This document shows, one piece after another, positions 27,280 through 27,965 of a DNA stretch of 27,965 nucleotides. Under the pieces are notes generated by a model. The model was not told the DNA's origin and made no database searches. It saw only the letters and a program-made list of their open reading frames with translations. The stretch is from a virus (taxonomy: Duplodnaviria > Caudoviricetes), in the IMG/VR virus record IMGVR_UViG_3300039208_000699, positions 1 to 27,965 of that record, one strand, 5' to 3'. How positions within the stretch are numbered: the stretch's first letter is position 1; each line of letters starts with the position of its first letter. The position numbers and the translations under genes are program-made.

Positions 27280-27948
27280 ACCAGAATTCGTTAAAAATCG
27301 AATCAAAAAAGAAGCAGTTGCAGATTTTGGAGATTTATCTGATTTCAAACTTCCAAAAGTAAAGACTCCTCAAGTTCCTGATATACCAAAATCTGAGAAA
27401 GGTATATCAAATTTATTTGGATTATTAGAATCAAAACCTGAAGAGTCAGAATTTGGAGATTTATCTGATTTTAAACTCCCAACTGTTAAGCCTCAAGCGT
27501 CTACTTCTAAACCGGTAGAAACAATTGCTCAACAATCTACTCCTGCGGTTAATAAGGCTCCTAATGTTATTACAGCATCTAAAACTAAACCAGATGTTGA
27601 ACCTAAATTTGATAGTACAGATTCAGGTAATTTAAGTCTTTCTGGATTATTTAAAGACACTACAAATCCGGACGCGTCTTTTGGAGAAACCATCACTAGT
27701 TTTATTAAGAGAGGAGCTCGTACGATTGAACCTCCACTTGCTATTATTTCTGGTGTTACAGAATTGATTGGGCGTCAGGCTTTAAGATCTAAGTCAATTT
27801 TTGAAAAAATGAAATTGGGTAAACCTATTTCAACTGACGATTTTATCGAAGCTGGTTTGTTAACTCCTCATGGGTTGGCTCAAGATACTGAGGATATTTT
27901 TAAAAATATTCCAAAGAGTGGGGTAATTTTTGGAGATTTTACCCGCGA
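27266..27948 (+). CDS. Putative large internal virion protein, N-terminus (3' truncated; absent from ORF track)
   Basis: ATG 27266 (MPDGRPEFVKNR...) stays open to the primer; FGDLSDFKLP occurs twice. Confidence 0.75.
27326..27481 (+). repeat. 30-nt direct repeat encoding FGDLSDFKLP
   Basis: Copies at 27326-27355 and 27452-27481 differ only at two synonymous positions. Confidence 0.85.
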
Positions 27949-27965
27949 GATCGTGACTGGGAAAC
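27949..27965 (-). other. Random-amplification primer (reverse complement); library artefact
   Basis: GATCGTGACTGGGAAAC is the exact reverse complement of 1-17. Confidence 0.9.

Noticed and set aside
1-27965. Perfect 17-bp terminal inverted repeats suggesting a transposon or linear genome ends
   Set aside because: The sequence is the random-amplification primer GTTTCCCAGTCACGATC; genes at both ends are cut mid-frame and no transposase is present
1-27965. CRISPR array, tRNA genes, integrase or diversity-generating retroelement
   Set aside because: No repeat-spacer array, cloverleaf, recombinase or reverse transcriptase motifs seen by eye; the FGDLSDFKLP repeat differs at C/T positions, not the adenine-specific pattern of a DGR

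Overview
A 28-kb AT-rich fragment of a tailed dsDNA (podovirus-like) bacteriophage or prophage, almost entirely + strand, probably infecting a Gram-negative host. Both ends carry the 17-nt random-amplification primer GTTTCCCAGTCACGATC (library artefact), so the first and last genes are truncated. Gene order: Pal/OmpA-like domain, small regulators (XRE-like HTH; a divergent LexA-N-domain repressor with a candidate operator/promoter), putative TerS, TerL with a 356-aa LAGLIDADG intein, portal, an accessory cassette (Fn3-like lipoprotein, 4-Cys HiPIP-like protein, RraB-like protein, CX5R phosphatase, DUF2292-like mini-protein), overlapping antiterminator-like/terminator hairpins, scaffold, an N4-gp56-type major capsid gene split by a 1308-nt group I intron (12280-13587) with a double-LAGLIDADG endonuclease in its P1 loop, then adaptor, fibre, nozzle and ejection genes. 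Most notable: a possible protein-dependent antitermination switch gating the head genes, the capsid intron, signal peptides on structural-module proteins, a phage RraB-like protein, and an adaptor-like gene split into three coupled ORFs. All product calls come from motif recognition and synteny, not database searches.
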